Positions 1-10,303 of a DNA stretch of 20,000 bases are shown here, piece by piece. The notes beneath the pieces are model-generated. The model had not been told where the DNA came from and searched no databases. It saw only the letters and a list, made by a program, of their open reading frames with translations. The stretch is from Priapulus caudatus (lineage: Eukaryota). Every line of letters begins with the position of its first letter. Position 1 is the stretch's first letter. The stretch is from assembly GCF_000485595.1 (NCBI RefSeq), contig NW_014577077.1, positions 642,816 through 662,815 on the forward strand, given 5' to 3'. A program made the position numbers and the translations under genes.

Positions 1-45
1 CGACAGCTTGTAGCCCTTCAGCGTCTCAAGCAGCAAATGGTAGCA
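1..45 (-). CDS. TRAPPC9: TRAPPC9 coding exon 8, partial (continues beyond the window)
   Basis: Acceptor catgttctag|. Encodes CYHLLLETLKGYKLS, similar to human CYKLLLETLPGYSLS. Confidence 0.92.
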
Positions 46-305
46 CTAGAACATGCACACAGGTCGTCGGTTTTTTTTTGCAACAATAACCTATGAACTC
101 TATCCGCTACAGGGAAAAGAGAATGTACAAGAACTCCATAGCATTATGCTAAAGAATTCGCTATCAAATGTGACTGCAAGTTTACTATAGCAAGGTTGTA
201 AATGTAACACTAAAGAATCACAGTTAATCTAGGGGTTCATAAGTTTATGGAAATTAACACTCATCTTTTTAGCTACTCATAATACACCGTCGATATTTCA
301 TAGTA

Positions 306-1057
306 CAGTAAAACTCGCATAAGATGCCATCGTCTAACTCGTCAATTCGCTGAAGTCGTCATGGAAGTCAAAGTCCCGATTTTCTCTAATGATAAACCCA
401 TCTGAATAAACCCCCGCCAACGTCGTCATTTATAAGCCATCATTTTGTACGAGTCGTCGCCCTCAGACAGGTCCCATGTAATACAAACAACAGTAGAATT
501 CTATCTGTATGTCGTCATCAGAATTGCCGATGGCGCAGTGTATGCAGTCATGTACAGCGAATTTCTGGTAAAATTATGACTCATTCTTTCGCAGAAACAT
601 ATATATGCAGTCACTCTCCAATTCGTCGAAATGCCGGCTTTGTAAGTCGTCAAAATGACGATATACATGCATAAGTCGTTATTTTGGTGACTTACACATA
701 AGTCGACAAAGTGACGACTTACACATATATCGTCATTTTAGTAAGGCCATAACATATAGGTGTCGTTACCGTTTCATGCTGAAAAAAAATAGGGTAGGTA
801 GGTAGGGAAAACATTTTATTTTATTGAAACATTTTATTTACAAACCATGTCCGAAGGATGTGCGATGTGCCTTTTGAAGCAGGAACTGTCCAATTCATAT
901 TTTTTATACTTTAAAGAAAATTGACAATAAAATGTTTAGGGTCGCTGGGAATAAATATGGTCGGTCGGGAAACGGTAACCACACCTATATTTTGTTTTGG
1001 CCTAAGTCGGCACAAAAATTCTGGCCCCAAAAGTGCCGACTTATGCGAGTTTTACTG
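306..1057. mobile_element. Non-autonomous Tc1/mariner (pogo/Tigger-like) MITE containing a nested insertion
   Basis: Perfect 18-bp TIR CAGTAAAACTCGCATAAG (306-323) / CTTATGCGAGTTTTACTG (1040-1057), with TA on both sides (304-305, 1058-1059). Many internal AAGTCGTC-like motifs occur in both orientations. Confidence 0.88.
745..1002. mobile_element. PIF/Harbinger-like MITE nested in the pogo-like element
   Basis: Imperfect TIRs GGCCATAACA-TATAGGTGTCGTTACCGTTTC / GAAACGGTAACCACACCTATATTTTGTTTTGGCC, with a 3-bp TSD TAA (742-744, 1003-1005). Confidence 0.8.
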
Positions 1058-1090
1058 TAGGAAAAACTGTAGTCAATAGTTGTGTCATAC

Positions 1091-1219
1091 CTGTGCCCAT
1101 GCTGGGTTAGGATTATGAGGTGCGACACATTGCATTGCAGCAACACGCTTAAAGAATGCTGCTTTTCTCTCCATTCCTATCTGGCTATAAAGCTGAGACA
1201 ATGCACAATATCGTTGAAT
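1091..1219 (-). CDS. TRAPPC9: TRAPPC9 coding exon 7 (129 nt, phase 0 to 0)
   Basis: Acceptor atttttcag|, donor CAG|gtatga. Encodes [43 protein letters not shown], similar to human [34 protein letters not shown]. Confidence 0.96.
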
Positions 1220-1383
1220 CTGAAAAATATGAACGTCCATCTATACAACCTTTAAAATATCAAATAAAGTATTCTTTTAAAATTGTCATTAAACCCAGTC
1301 CTCGCTTAACAGTGTGGTTACATTCCTGTAACAAGCAACAGCGTGATCAATTTTCAAGATAGGAAATTGATAAAATACACATA

Positions 1384-1958
1384 AGCCTCGTCTACACGAC
1401 GAACCTTAACTCGAGTTAAGCTAATCCGAGTTAAGCGTTAACTCGAGTTAGCGATTATGTAGTGTCTACACGACAACACCCGATAGCGATTATTACCGAT
1501 TTATTATGCATGCGTGCGTGCGTATGTAAACGTGCGTGTGTGCGTGCGTGCGTGAGTGGGTGTGTACGTACACGCGCGTTCGTGCGTGCGTGTGTACCTA
1601 CACGTGCGTGCATGCGTGCGTGCACGTACACGTGCGTGCATGCGTCCGTGTGTGTGCACGTACACGTGCGTGCGTGCGTGCGTGCGTGCGTACATGTGCG
1701 TGCGTGCGTGCGTGTGATCTTACACGTGCGTGCATGCGTCCGTGTGTGTGCACGTACACGTGCGTGCGTGCGTGCGTGCGTGCGTGGAGGTACACGTTCG
1801 TGCATGCGTGCGTGCTTGTGCAGGTACACGTGTGTGCATGTGTGCGTGCGTGCGTACGTGCGTGTGTGCGTGCGTGTGTGCGTGCGTGCATGCATGTGCA
1901 CGTAGACGTGCGTGCATGCGTGCGTGCGTGCGTGTGCACGTACACGTGCGTGCATAAG

Positions 1959-1990
<32 letters not shown>

Positions 1991-2112
1991 TTCGTACGTA
2001 CATCGTACTAGTGTTGCCGCCTATCGTGGAGTTATGTACTATTCGCTAACTCGAGTTAAGCGTCTACATAGGGCCTTAACGTGGAGTTAAGGTTCGTCGT
2101 GTAGACGAGGCT
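1384..2112. mobile_element. PIF/Harbinger-like MITE with an internal satellite
   Basis: Perfect 29-bp TIR AGCCTCGTCTACACGACGAACCTTAACTC (1384-1412 / 2084-2112) and 3-bp TSD ATA (1381-1383, 2113-2115). Subterminal palindromes TAACTCGAGTTA at 1407, 1439 and 2047. Confidence 0.87.
1506..2002. repeat. (GTGC)n-based alternating purine-pyrimidine satellite with recurring CACGTACACGTG units
   Basis: Directly visible. It explains all the His/Arg/Thr/Ala and Cys/Val/Arg ORFs at 1455-2090. Confidence 0.97.
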
Positions 2113-2114
2113 AT

Positions 2115-2210
2115 ATATACAGTACACAAATTCAATAGGATTTTCATAGAAAATACAGGTTCATTACATATACAGTACATAAATTCAGTAGGATTTTCAT
2201 GTAAAATATA
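2115..2210. repeat. Imperfect tandem duplication, period about 53 bp
   Basis: ATATACAGTACACAAATTCAATAGGATTTTCATAGAAAATA at 2115 versus ATATACAGTACATAAATTCAGTAGGATTTTCATGTAAAATA at 2168. Confidence 0.8.
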
Positions 2211-3547
2211 TATTATACATTCAAAAAAATAACTATATAAATTTTTAATTAATGAAATAATAAAATAATTTTGTATTGTACTCTGATGGGTAGCCTAAAA
2301 TGGAACCCAACAAAATGTAATATATATATATATATATTGTACATATTGTTGTAATAATTATAGTAATACTCAGTAGATAAAAATGATTATGCTAATAGAA
2401 AAGTGAGCGGTTAGTCAATATTTACCCCAGTCATATAATTTGTTTTTCGCATCAAATTTTCCTCATAATCAGGCGAAGATAAACTAATACAATAAAGATA
2501 AGACTCATACATTCATTGCACCCATTTTTAACAACTTACGTGTAAATTTTGTTAGATATCTGATGATAAAATCGTATACATCAGATACATCGATATAGAT
2601 ATTTGCTGTACCGTGCAGTACTAGAGACGGCATAATAGTAGCAAAACTGTGTTGGGTGACAACAACTTTACATCGAATCGATGGGTCATAAAACGACGTT
2701 ATCAGAATCATGGGTATTGAAAGAGTAAAGTCATTGTATCGAAATAACGTTGTCTGAGAAAACTTTAAGCAAGGACTGACTGTGTTAACTTTGTAAAATG
2801 ATTGTAAACTCCAGACACCAATGAATTGTCATACTGGGACTTTGTTTCATGGCAACATCTTTAACTTATCTAATTCATATCCTTAACACAAGAGGCCAAC
2901 CGTCTACAATATAGTAAACAACTATTTCTTCCAAGCAGAATACACACATGCTTCACACATATGAATAATTTTTACCCATGAAAACTGTCTTGTTTTACAT
3001 CATGGATTTATAAGCATAGACTATAGAAGTGTTTACTGTAAATGGTATGAGGCAACTTTCAACAATCCGGTGCACTTGCTTGTTTCTAAACAGTCACAGA
3101 TTACTATATAATAGAGTGCTGTCAATCAACAAACAAGGACAACGGATGGCATATATATGAATTACACTTATACATTACACAAAGTTTTTAGCAATTTGTA
3201 CTGGTTGTATACTGATATACTACCATGTATATCAGCTTCAAATATTCAGAATATAAATGTGCATCACAGATTTCTGCATGGCATCATTTTGATCACTTAT
3301 CACAGAGCACATGCTTGGGGAGTTAACAATGAACAACAACAACTAAGAACAGAGTCTTGCACAACTCTGGCATTTGGTACGATTCTGAGCTCAAGTTGGT
3401 TGAATTAAACATATTAATTCGTAGGTAAATTAGGGCCAGTGAACGTTGGATTTCAAATAATTTACCCTTGCACACTCTTTTGTTTTTATTCACAATATAA
3501 CACATATCATGCAATTCATAACTAAAATCAAAGATGCTAAAACTTAC

Positions 3548-3619
3548 CTTCTCATCATCAGCAAGCTGCAGGTTGATGAACAGCACGTTTTTGAGGAACT
3601 CTGAGGCAAGCAAGTTTTT
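3548..3619 (-). CDS. TRAPPC9: TRAPPC9 coding exon 6 (72 nt, phase 0 to 0)
   Basis: Acceptor cttgttacag|, donor AAG|gtaagt. Encodes KNLLASEFLKNVLFINLQLADDEK, similar to human [21 protein letters not shown]. Confidence 0.94.
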
Positions 3620-3725
3620 CTGTAACAAGCAAGATCATTGAAGTATTAGATCTTATTTGGGTAGCTCATCCTGCAGTCTCACAACGTAAGATTAGCTGCT
3701 TACTGTAGATTATTAATAGAGTAGT

Positions 3726-4250
3726 CAGGGGCGTAGCCAGGATTTTGAAAGTTGTAGGCACGACTATCTGAGCGGAGCGCCACCATCGGTTGGCGCGGAG
3801 CGTACAAGAAAATTTTTGGTTTTACAAACCCCCCAGATGGCCGAAAACGGCTCTTCCCGAGTGTTCATTCTGGTTCCCTGGCCTCTTGCTAACTTGAGAC
3901 ACCTCATTCAATATCACTTTTAAACCCAAAAAACAAACGAGTTAAAATAGTGTTACGAACGAGTTAAAATGTTAAAAAACTGACAAGATCGGATCCTAGT
4001 CTTTTTCGGCGGGTAGAGTGTTGAATGAAACGGCACGCGATAGAAATGACAGCCTAGATGACAGAAGAATAGGTCACCTAATTTAGCCATATTCTTGCTA
4101 CGTTCATTTCAATAGTTTTTCCTGTCTAGACTCTTAAACTCGTCCAGCAAGCTTATGGATTTGAATTATGGGTGTTTAAAAAAAAAAGATAACTTGGCCA
4201 AAAAAAGTGTAGGCCCGGGCCTACAGTGCTACATACTGGCTACGCCCCTG
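3726..4250. mobile_element. hAT-like non-autonomous element with a 5-bp TSD (hAT5-type signature)
   Basis: Perfect 15-bp TIR CAGGGGCGTAGCCAG (3726-3740) / CTGGCTACGCCCCTG (4236-4250). GTAGT is duplicated at 3721-3725 and 4251-4255. Confidence 0.87.
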
Positions 4251-4424
4251 GTAGTAATACTAAAGGAGGGTGAGTTTATCTATACCAAAATGTTATATTA
4301 CAATGCATTAATTACAAGCATAAAATTAGATGCAGGATTATAACCAGCATATACACCCTAGTCAATATAATATTATGTGCAAATATAACAATACATGCAG
4401 TAGAGAGCAAGTGTGGTGACATAC

Positions 4425-4493
4425 CTGTTGAATAATTAGAATTCGTGTGGCTTTAATGCTTGCTTCTGTCTCGATGATACCAGCTGCTTTAAA
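4425..4493 (-). CDS. TRAPPC9: TRAPPC9 coding exon 5 (69 nt, phase 0 to 0)
   Basis: Acceptor tttcttacaacag|, donor CAG|gtatgt. Encodes FKAAGIIETEASIKATRILIIQQ, similar to human [23 protein letters not shown]. Confidence 0.94.
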
Positions 4494-4642
4494 CTGTTGT
4501 AAGAAATGCAATCAGTCAATAAGAAATTGACAACCAGAAACAGTGCACATTATTTCATAAAAGATACACATACACACATAAACAAATATTTCCAATATAT
4601 AGTACAGTATATGGTAGTGCTTACCATACAGTTTATGGTTAC

Positions 4643-4764
4643 CTTGCTATAGTGCAGAACAACCTCCTTGTACTTTTCAATGACTTCTTCTGGGGTGAGG
4701 CAGTTCTTGATTTTGTAATCATACCTGTCTATGCCATTAGGAAGGCTTGACGATGTAAAGCTAC
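4643..4764 (-). CDS. TRAPPC9: TRAPPC9 coding exon 4 (122 nt, phase 1 to 0)
   Basis: Acceptor tcttgtag|GT, donor AAG|gtaacc. Encodes (G)SFTSSSLPNGIDRYDYKIKNCLTPEEVIEKYKEVVLHYSK, similar to human NGI...[22 protein letters not shown]. Confidence 0.93.
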
Positions 4765-5159
4765 CTACAAGACATAATCTGTGTTTAAGAGATGTTCGAA
4801 AATAGGTGTCAGATCTAGCAGATAATTTAAAATCAATCAAATGCTATGAATTTATGTATTTGAGTAACTAGTTATGTATCTAGAGAGTAAGCTATTAGAG
4901 ATCTAACGTAACCTACATCTACCGTTACATAATTGGTTCATTCAGTGTCCTTTTCTTCCCAGAAATAACTATAGAAGGCGTATCAATCAAAAGTGCTTGT
5001 AGACATGGAAGCCTAGCATGGTATATCTGTTTGGAATTAACGCACTGGGAATAAGCGATTAATTTAATGTTTGTCTGGAAATAATCTGTTTGTTCTTGAC
5101 CATGGTCTAGGGTATCTGCCACTGTTATTTGATGATGTAAAGGTCAAAGGTGCAAGTAG

Positions 5160-7176
5160 AACGCAAGATATTCTGAAGTTCCGAGAGTTGAAAGAAGGCG
5201 AGGATGAGAGATTTTGTGATCTCGTACAGCTAGTCAGAAGAACATTTAACATCTTGAAACAAGTTGGGAAAGAGGCAGACTTAAACAACAACCACATGTT
5301 GTCTATAATAGAGTGGAAAATGACATTGGAAGATCGAAAGATATATGCAAGGCAATTGGAACATGATAAAAGAGAGGCTTCTCTAGAAGGATTACTAGCA
5401 TTTCTCTCAACAGAGAAGAGTAGGGTAAGAGCATCGGCACAGGTGAGAAACAAGTTAACATGAGTCAGCGTCAGCAACCACCAAGTAGTCTAAATCACCT
5501 CAACAGAAGTCAGAAGTGCTGGGTGTGTTTCTCCAATGAACATTGGCCCGATCAGTGTAATAAGCTAAAGGAGATGACGGTGGACGATCGTCATAAAGTT
5601 GCAAGAGAAAATAATGCTTGTTATAGCTGTCTTAAAAGGCAGGCAAAAGTCACAGCATGAAAACCTGCAGAAGAAGAAGACAATGCACAAGAGATAGTTG
5701 CAGGTATTATCATCATGAACTCCTTCACGGTGCAATAATAACCAATCACGCCACTATGGCTGTCGATCAAAACCCAGCCATGCTCCCTATGGTAACCGCA
5801 AGGTTAGGAGAACACGAGAGAGAAGTGAGTGGAAGTGTGTTGTTGGACTCTGGAGCTAATATCACACTTGTGAGAGGTTGCCGAAAAATTTGGATGTGAG
5901 AGCAGGCCAATAAGCATTGAAATAGGAACTCTAGGTGGAGATGTCCAAGTACACCAAACAAGAATGACTACTGGGACAAAAGCCCTGACCTACTGAATGA
6001 ACTCTTTGGTGTTCTTTTGAGATTCCGACAGTGCCCAGTGGCTATTGCTGGAGACATCAGCAAAATGTACCATCAAGTGCTGATTCCGGAGAAAGACCAA
6101 CAGGTGCATAGATTTCTATGCAGAAATTGTGAAAATAGAAAACCAGATGTCTATATGATGAAAGTGGTTACATTTGGTGATAAGCCTGACCCTTCTATGG
6201 CATTGACGACACCGAGGAAAACTGCTTCTGAAGGAGCAAAGGATCATCCCAAAGCTTCTAAAACTATGGATAATGATACATATATGGATGATATATGTAC
6301 ATCGGTTGAGTCCATTGAGAAAGCTAGGCAATTGACAAACGATATTGATAAAGTTTTGAAGATCGGAGGGTTTAAAGTGAAGGAGTGGGTATATACTGAG
6401 AGTATTACAAACGAAAGTGTGATAGAGGATGAAGGCAGAAAACCTAATGAAATGGCAATCATAAAGGAAGCCGAGGAACACAAGGTTCTGGGCGTTGTGT
6501 GGGACCCGGCATCAGATAAAAAATGAAGTACAAGGTAAAGCCGGTTCACGTAAAAGATTAACAGATATTGACGAAACGAATGGTTCTAAGTGAATTAGCC
6601 AGGGTCTATGACCGGATTGGGTTCACCGCTGCATTCCTCATTCGAGGAAAGATCTTGATGCAAAAACTATGCCAGAGGGGTATTGAATGGGATGAAGACC
6701 TACAGGCATCTGAGAAATCAGAATAGAGAAAGTTCTTCCTAGAGTTGGAGCATTTAGAGGGGGTGTCATTCCAAAGATGCCTCATGTCAAAACCAGTGCC
6801 TGTTGAGCTTGTAATTTCCTGCGATGCCTCAGAGGATGCCTTTGGTGCTGTCGCATATGCCAGATGGGAAGAGAGTAAAGGAATCTATGGTGTAAGGTTC
6901 CTATCTGCCAAGTCCCGTGTAGCTCCACTGTAATGTTTATCCATACCACGGTTAGAGTTGCAGGCGGCTGTCATTGCATCTCGGCTTTGTGGTACCATAA
7001 GGAAGGAGATGTCAGTATACTTTGAAAGGGTTGTATTTCTATCAGATAGTATCATTGCATTGTCTTGGATCCTGGGCCAGTTCCGACAGTATAAGACATT
7101 TGTAGCCAATAGAGTCTCAGAAATTCAGAGCAGTACAGACCCTTCAGAGTGGAGACATATACCAGGAGAATGCAAC
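5160..7176 (+). mobile_element. Decayed BEL/Pao LTR retrotransposon gag-pol fragment, antisense to the host gene
   Basis: Gag-like segment (DILKFRELKEGEDERF...) and three Cys/His knuckles (CWVCFSNEHWPDQC; CYSC...H...C across a frameshift; CTRDSCRYYHHELLH). Protease LLDSGA (about 5840-5857). RT motifs PDLLNELFGVLLRFR, GDISKMYHQV, VTFGD and YMDD (6281-6292). Pao-type RNase H TKR...YD, CDAS, AKSRVAPL, IPRLEL, FVANRVSEIQ, WRHIPGECN. Multiple stops and frameshifts; no integrase or LTRs seen. Confidence 0.95.
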
Positions 7177-7395
7177 ATATTGTATATTGTATAAATTGTA
7201 CCATATGTCAAGTAAGGTATAAAGCTTGAATGAAAGACGATGGAACCAAGGCTCTAATAGGGGGATACAATGAGATTGGTAAATCTCTCACCTTAGGAAT
7301 GTATTTAGGAAAATAATTATCCTATAGCTATGTTTCATATAAAGAATAAAATTATAGTTGTAACTTGTAGCTGCCAAGGCCATTGCTGCTATTAA

Positions 7396-7764
7396 AGTGA
7401 TTACGTCACGAATTTCTAGCACCATCAAGTAGTATATTTGTGTGTTATTTGTACAAAATAAAATGTATGAAAATACAATTAGTGTTACTGTTTACTTTTC
7501 ATGCTTATATACCTTCTTTATATGCTCTAATTTGCCAGTGAAAAACAGAGAGACGCCAGTATCTGAACAGTACTAGGGGAATAGTGTTCGACAACAGAAA
7601 TTACCAAATCGTCTAGATTTTTGCAAATTTAACCAACGTAAAAACATTTTTATAAGGTGAGAGTTTGAGGATATATTTAGTAACGTTAGTTCTTACTTTT
7701 AATGTAAAAAAATGGAAATTTTTTTTTACAAATTTTACCATGGAAAATTCGTGACGCAGTCAAT
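7396..7764. mobile_element. Kolobok-like MITE
   Basis: TTAA on both sides (7392-7395, 7765-7768). Left TIR AGTGATTACGTCACGAATTT versus right reverse complement ATTGACTGCGTCACGAATTT (17/20). The AG start fits Kolobok better than piggyBac (CC). Confidence 0.72.
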
Positions 7765-8037
7765 TTAAGCACAGATCGAGCTAAGTCACAGGAGCCACGA
7801 CTTGCTTTAATCTAGAGGCTACATAGTTGATGCAGATGTGCTTGACTTACATATTATAAATTGACTATTGCTCAACAACTACAACCACCAGTGACCATTC
7901 TATCTAGATTGTAGCAGAAAGAAACAACTGCTAAACCTAAATGGCAATTTACTAAATAAAGTATTAGAAAATATATCAATAATCATAACCTTGAGCCTAA
8001 AAATCCTGAATAAAATACTTACTTCCTATGTATCAAT

Positions 8038-8505
8038 AGGCTTAATACCTCGTGCAGTCTACAAAATTTGATCCTACATCAAACTAGTCTGGGCCAGACC
8101 CAGGCCAGGCGCGCGCTAAATCGCAGCATAGACACAAAATGCTAAATCGGGTTAAGTTAGCACGAGTTGACTGCGCATGCTCAGTATAGCTTGTTACGTC
8201 ACTCAGCAGACAGCTACTGTATTTTTATGTGACCGAGACAAGCCTATGTGCATGCGTATATTGAAATATAGCCCTTGCCTGGTCCCGGATTGCATACACA
8301 CACAGTTTAGCGCTAACTTAGTACGGACTAACTTAGCACGCTTTGAAGCGGGCCTGGCCCACCACCATTTGCGGGGCTAACTTAGTCTGGACTAAAGGCA
8401 TATTAGCCTGAGATTGCGTGTAAACACTGCAAATATTTAGTGCACGCCTGGCCCGTACTAGTTTGATGTAGGATCAAATTTGCAGTCTGTACCGGGTATA
8501 AACCT
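8038..8505. mobile_element. MITE with long (about 60-80 bp) TIRs, possibly PIF/Harbinger/ISL2EU-like
   Basis: Perfect 25-bp inverted core AAATTTGATCCTACATCAAACTAGT (8064-8088 / 8457-8481). It extends imperfectly outward to AAT|AGG...CCT|ATT (possible AT TSD) and inward to GGCCAGGCGYGCRCTAAAT. Confidence 0.8.
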
Positions 8506-8709
8506 ATTCATAATACTAAAATTAACTGCAGTATAAAATAATTATTTAACAAGACTAGTAACCACTTAGGATCACTCAATGCATTTAGAAAATGTTATTT
8601 ACTTGTTCACAAATTATTCCTATGATATTATACGTGAGCATATATGCAGTATTGTAGCAGTGCTGAGTTAGGCATGCACTAACTGCTATATAGCTCTAAC
8701 AAATATAAC

Positions 8710-9363
8710 TGTATAACACCGGGAATACATGATATAGAATGGAATATGACTCACTCAAAACATTCAACATCTGCATGCCTTAGTTTACCTAAGATTTATT
8801 ATTATTAAGATTATATATGCGAAACGCAATAAAAATTACATCAAAAGTAGCAGGACTCGCTCTAGGTTTTTAACACGTCTGGTCCAACATGCCTTCAAAG
8901 CTGAAGCTAATTTGCAACATCCCATAACTCCTCCAACAAGCTTTAACTGCCTAATTGACATCCCTTGATTTCCAGCAGTGATCACTTTTGACAATCTCAA
9001 GTCCCAATGAGCCAGTAGTCAGACCGCTACTAATCTGTAAATATCACTAGTTGAGGCACGAAAGAAATTATGAATCATGTCAACGGAGTATTTAAACTCC
9101 ACCTGTTTCACTTCACTGCATGTGAAAACTCACTTAAACATTGGATGAAACACTAAAACAATGTTTGGCGTTCAATGCTATATCTTCATTACAGTTATTG
9201 ATACAAAGTAAAGCAAGTTGGAAGTAGAATGCTACTTTTGTTGTAATTTTTTTTTCATGAGTTTCACGCTATAAATTATATGTAAACTAAGGCAAGCAGA
9301 TGTTGAATTTTCATGTTTGAGGTGAATCATACTCCTCTCTATATATAGTACCCCGAAAAACAG
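8710..9363. mobile_element. Old foldback/MITE with degraded inverted arms of about 140 bp
   Basis: ATTCAACATCTGCATGCCTTAGTTTAC (about 8762) pairs with GTAAACTAAGGCAAGCAGATGTTGAAT (about 9282). AAAAATTACATCAAAAGTAGCA pairs with TGCTACTTTTGTTGTAATTTTT. Termini and TSD are unresolved. Confidence 0.7.
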
Positions 9364-9858
9364 ATTACATCGCAGTATTCGTCGCCATAGTTAAAAGCAT
9401 CTCAGTTAATCACATGTCAGGAAGCTGTTTCTGCTATCGGCTGAAGAAATCTGTTTTAGGTTAGATAGAAACATCATAATTCATGCATTGCAACATAAAA
9501 AAGCATGCAGGACAATATTGTCATGCTAATCTCATTACATTGCATAGCACTGACCTGCTTTCTTATTTGGTTTGAGAAATCCTGTCAATAAAAGGTGAAA
9601 GAATTGTGACATACACAAAAGGCTCACGTAAGAAAAACACATAAAAATAAAGATTCAATGTTTCTATAGCTGCATCTATACGAGAAAATATATCCCAGGT
9701 TGGTTATCTACACGCTATGGAAACCCATGTTTTTAAATTGTGGGTTTTTAAGTCACACTTTTATTGACAATACGTTTTGGATTTGGGACAGAACAGGGAT
9801 TATTTAAAGAGGACCAATACTCTCATTGTCATATGTCATAATATTGTCATATATTATT

Positions 9859-10303
9859 CAGGGTCCATACAGATAAGTCAAGACAAAAGTCAAGGAGTTT
9901 TCCAGGACATTTCAAGAACAATTTCTATTTTTTAAGTACTAAAATTCAGTGTTTTTAGACTTAGCACAGCTTGAAAAGATACATTACATGGAATAGAGGA
10001 CATGAAAACTTCTGATTCAGAAGAAAACAGAGATTAACTCTGAAAGGTATTCGTTATGATGAGGTTAAGGAGATTAAAAACATGCACATCTCATAAACTT
10101 ATACATATTTACATTATACACAATTACATATTTATTGCTTTATATTTCTTATTTTATAAATTCCAGTAGTTTTGAGTACTTTTCCAGGGCAATAACAACT
10201 TTTCCAGGACAATTCCAGTATAAAACACAATATTTTAAAATTCAAGGAGTTTACAAGGAGTCGTATCAAATTCCAGGACATTTCCATGCCTGTGCGGACC
10301 CTG
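9859..10303. mobile_element. hAT-like non-autonomous element with a probable 5-bp TSD
   Basis: TIR CAGGGTCCATACAG versus right reverse complement CAGGGTCCGCACAG (12/14). Flanks TTATT / TTGTT (4/5). TTCCAGGAC/TCAAGGAG subterminal motifs are repeated at both ends. Confidence 0.78.

Noticed and set aside
1455..2090. Seven overlapping ORFs rich in H/A/R/T or C/V/R
   Set aside because: Stop-free translations of the (GTGC)n satellite inside a MITE.
2505..2760. 68-aa minus ORF, and plus-strand MGIERVKSLYRNNVV* resembling an integrase zinc-finger segment
   Set aside because: Too short, the key His/Cys residues are not in frame, and there is no supporting flanking homology.
5064..7109. Minus-strand ORFs over the retroelement
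   Set aside because: Antisense shadows of BEL/Pao gag-pol with no recognisable motifs.
8016..8030. Possible 3-nt microexon catag|GAA|gtaagt on the minus strand
   Set aside because: No pyrimidine tract, it abuts a MITE end, and such a short pattern is expected by chance.
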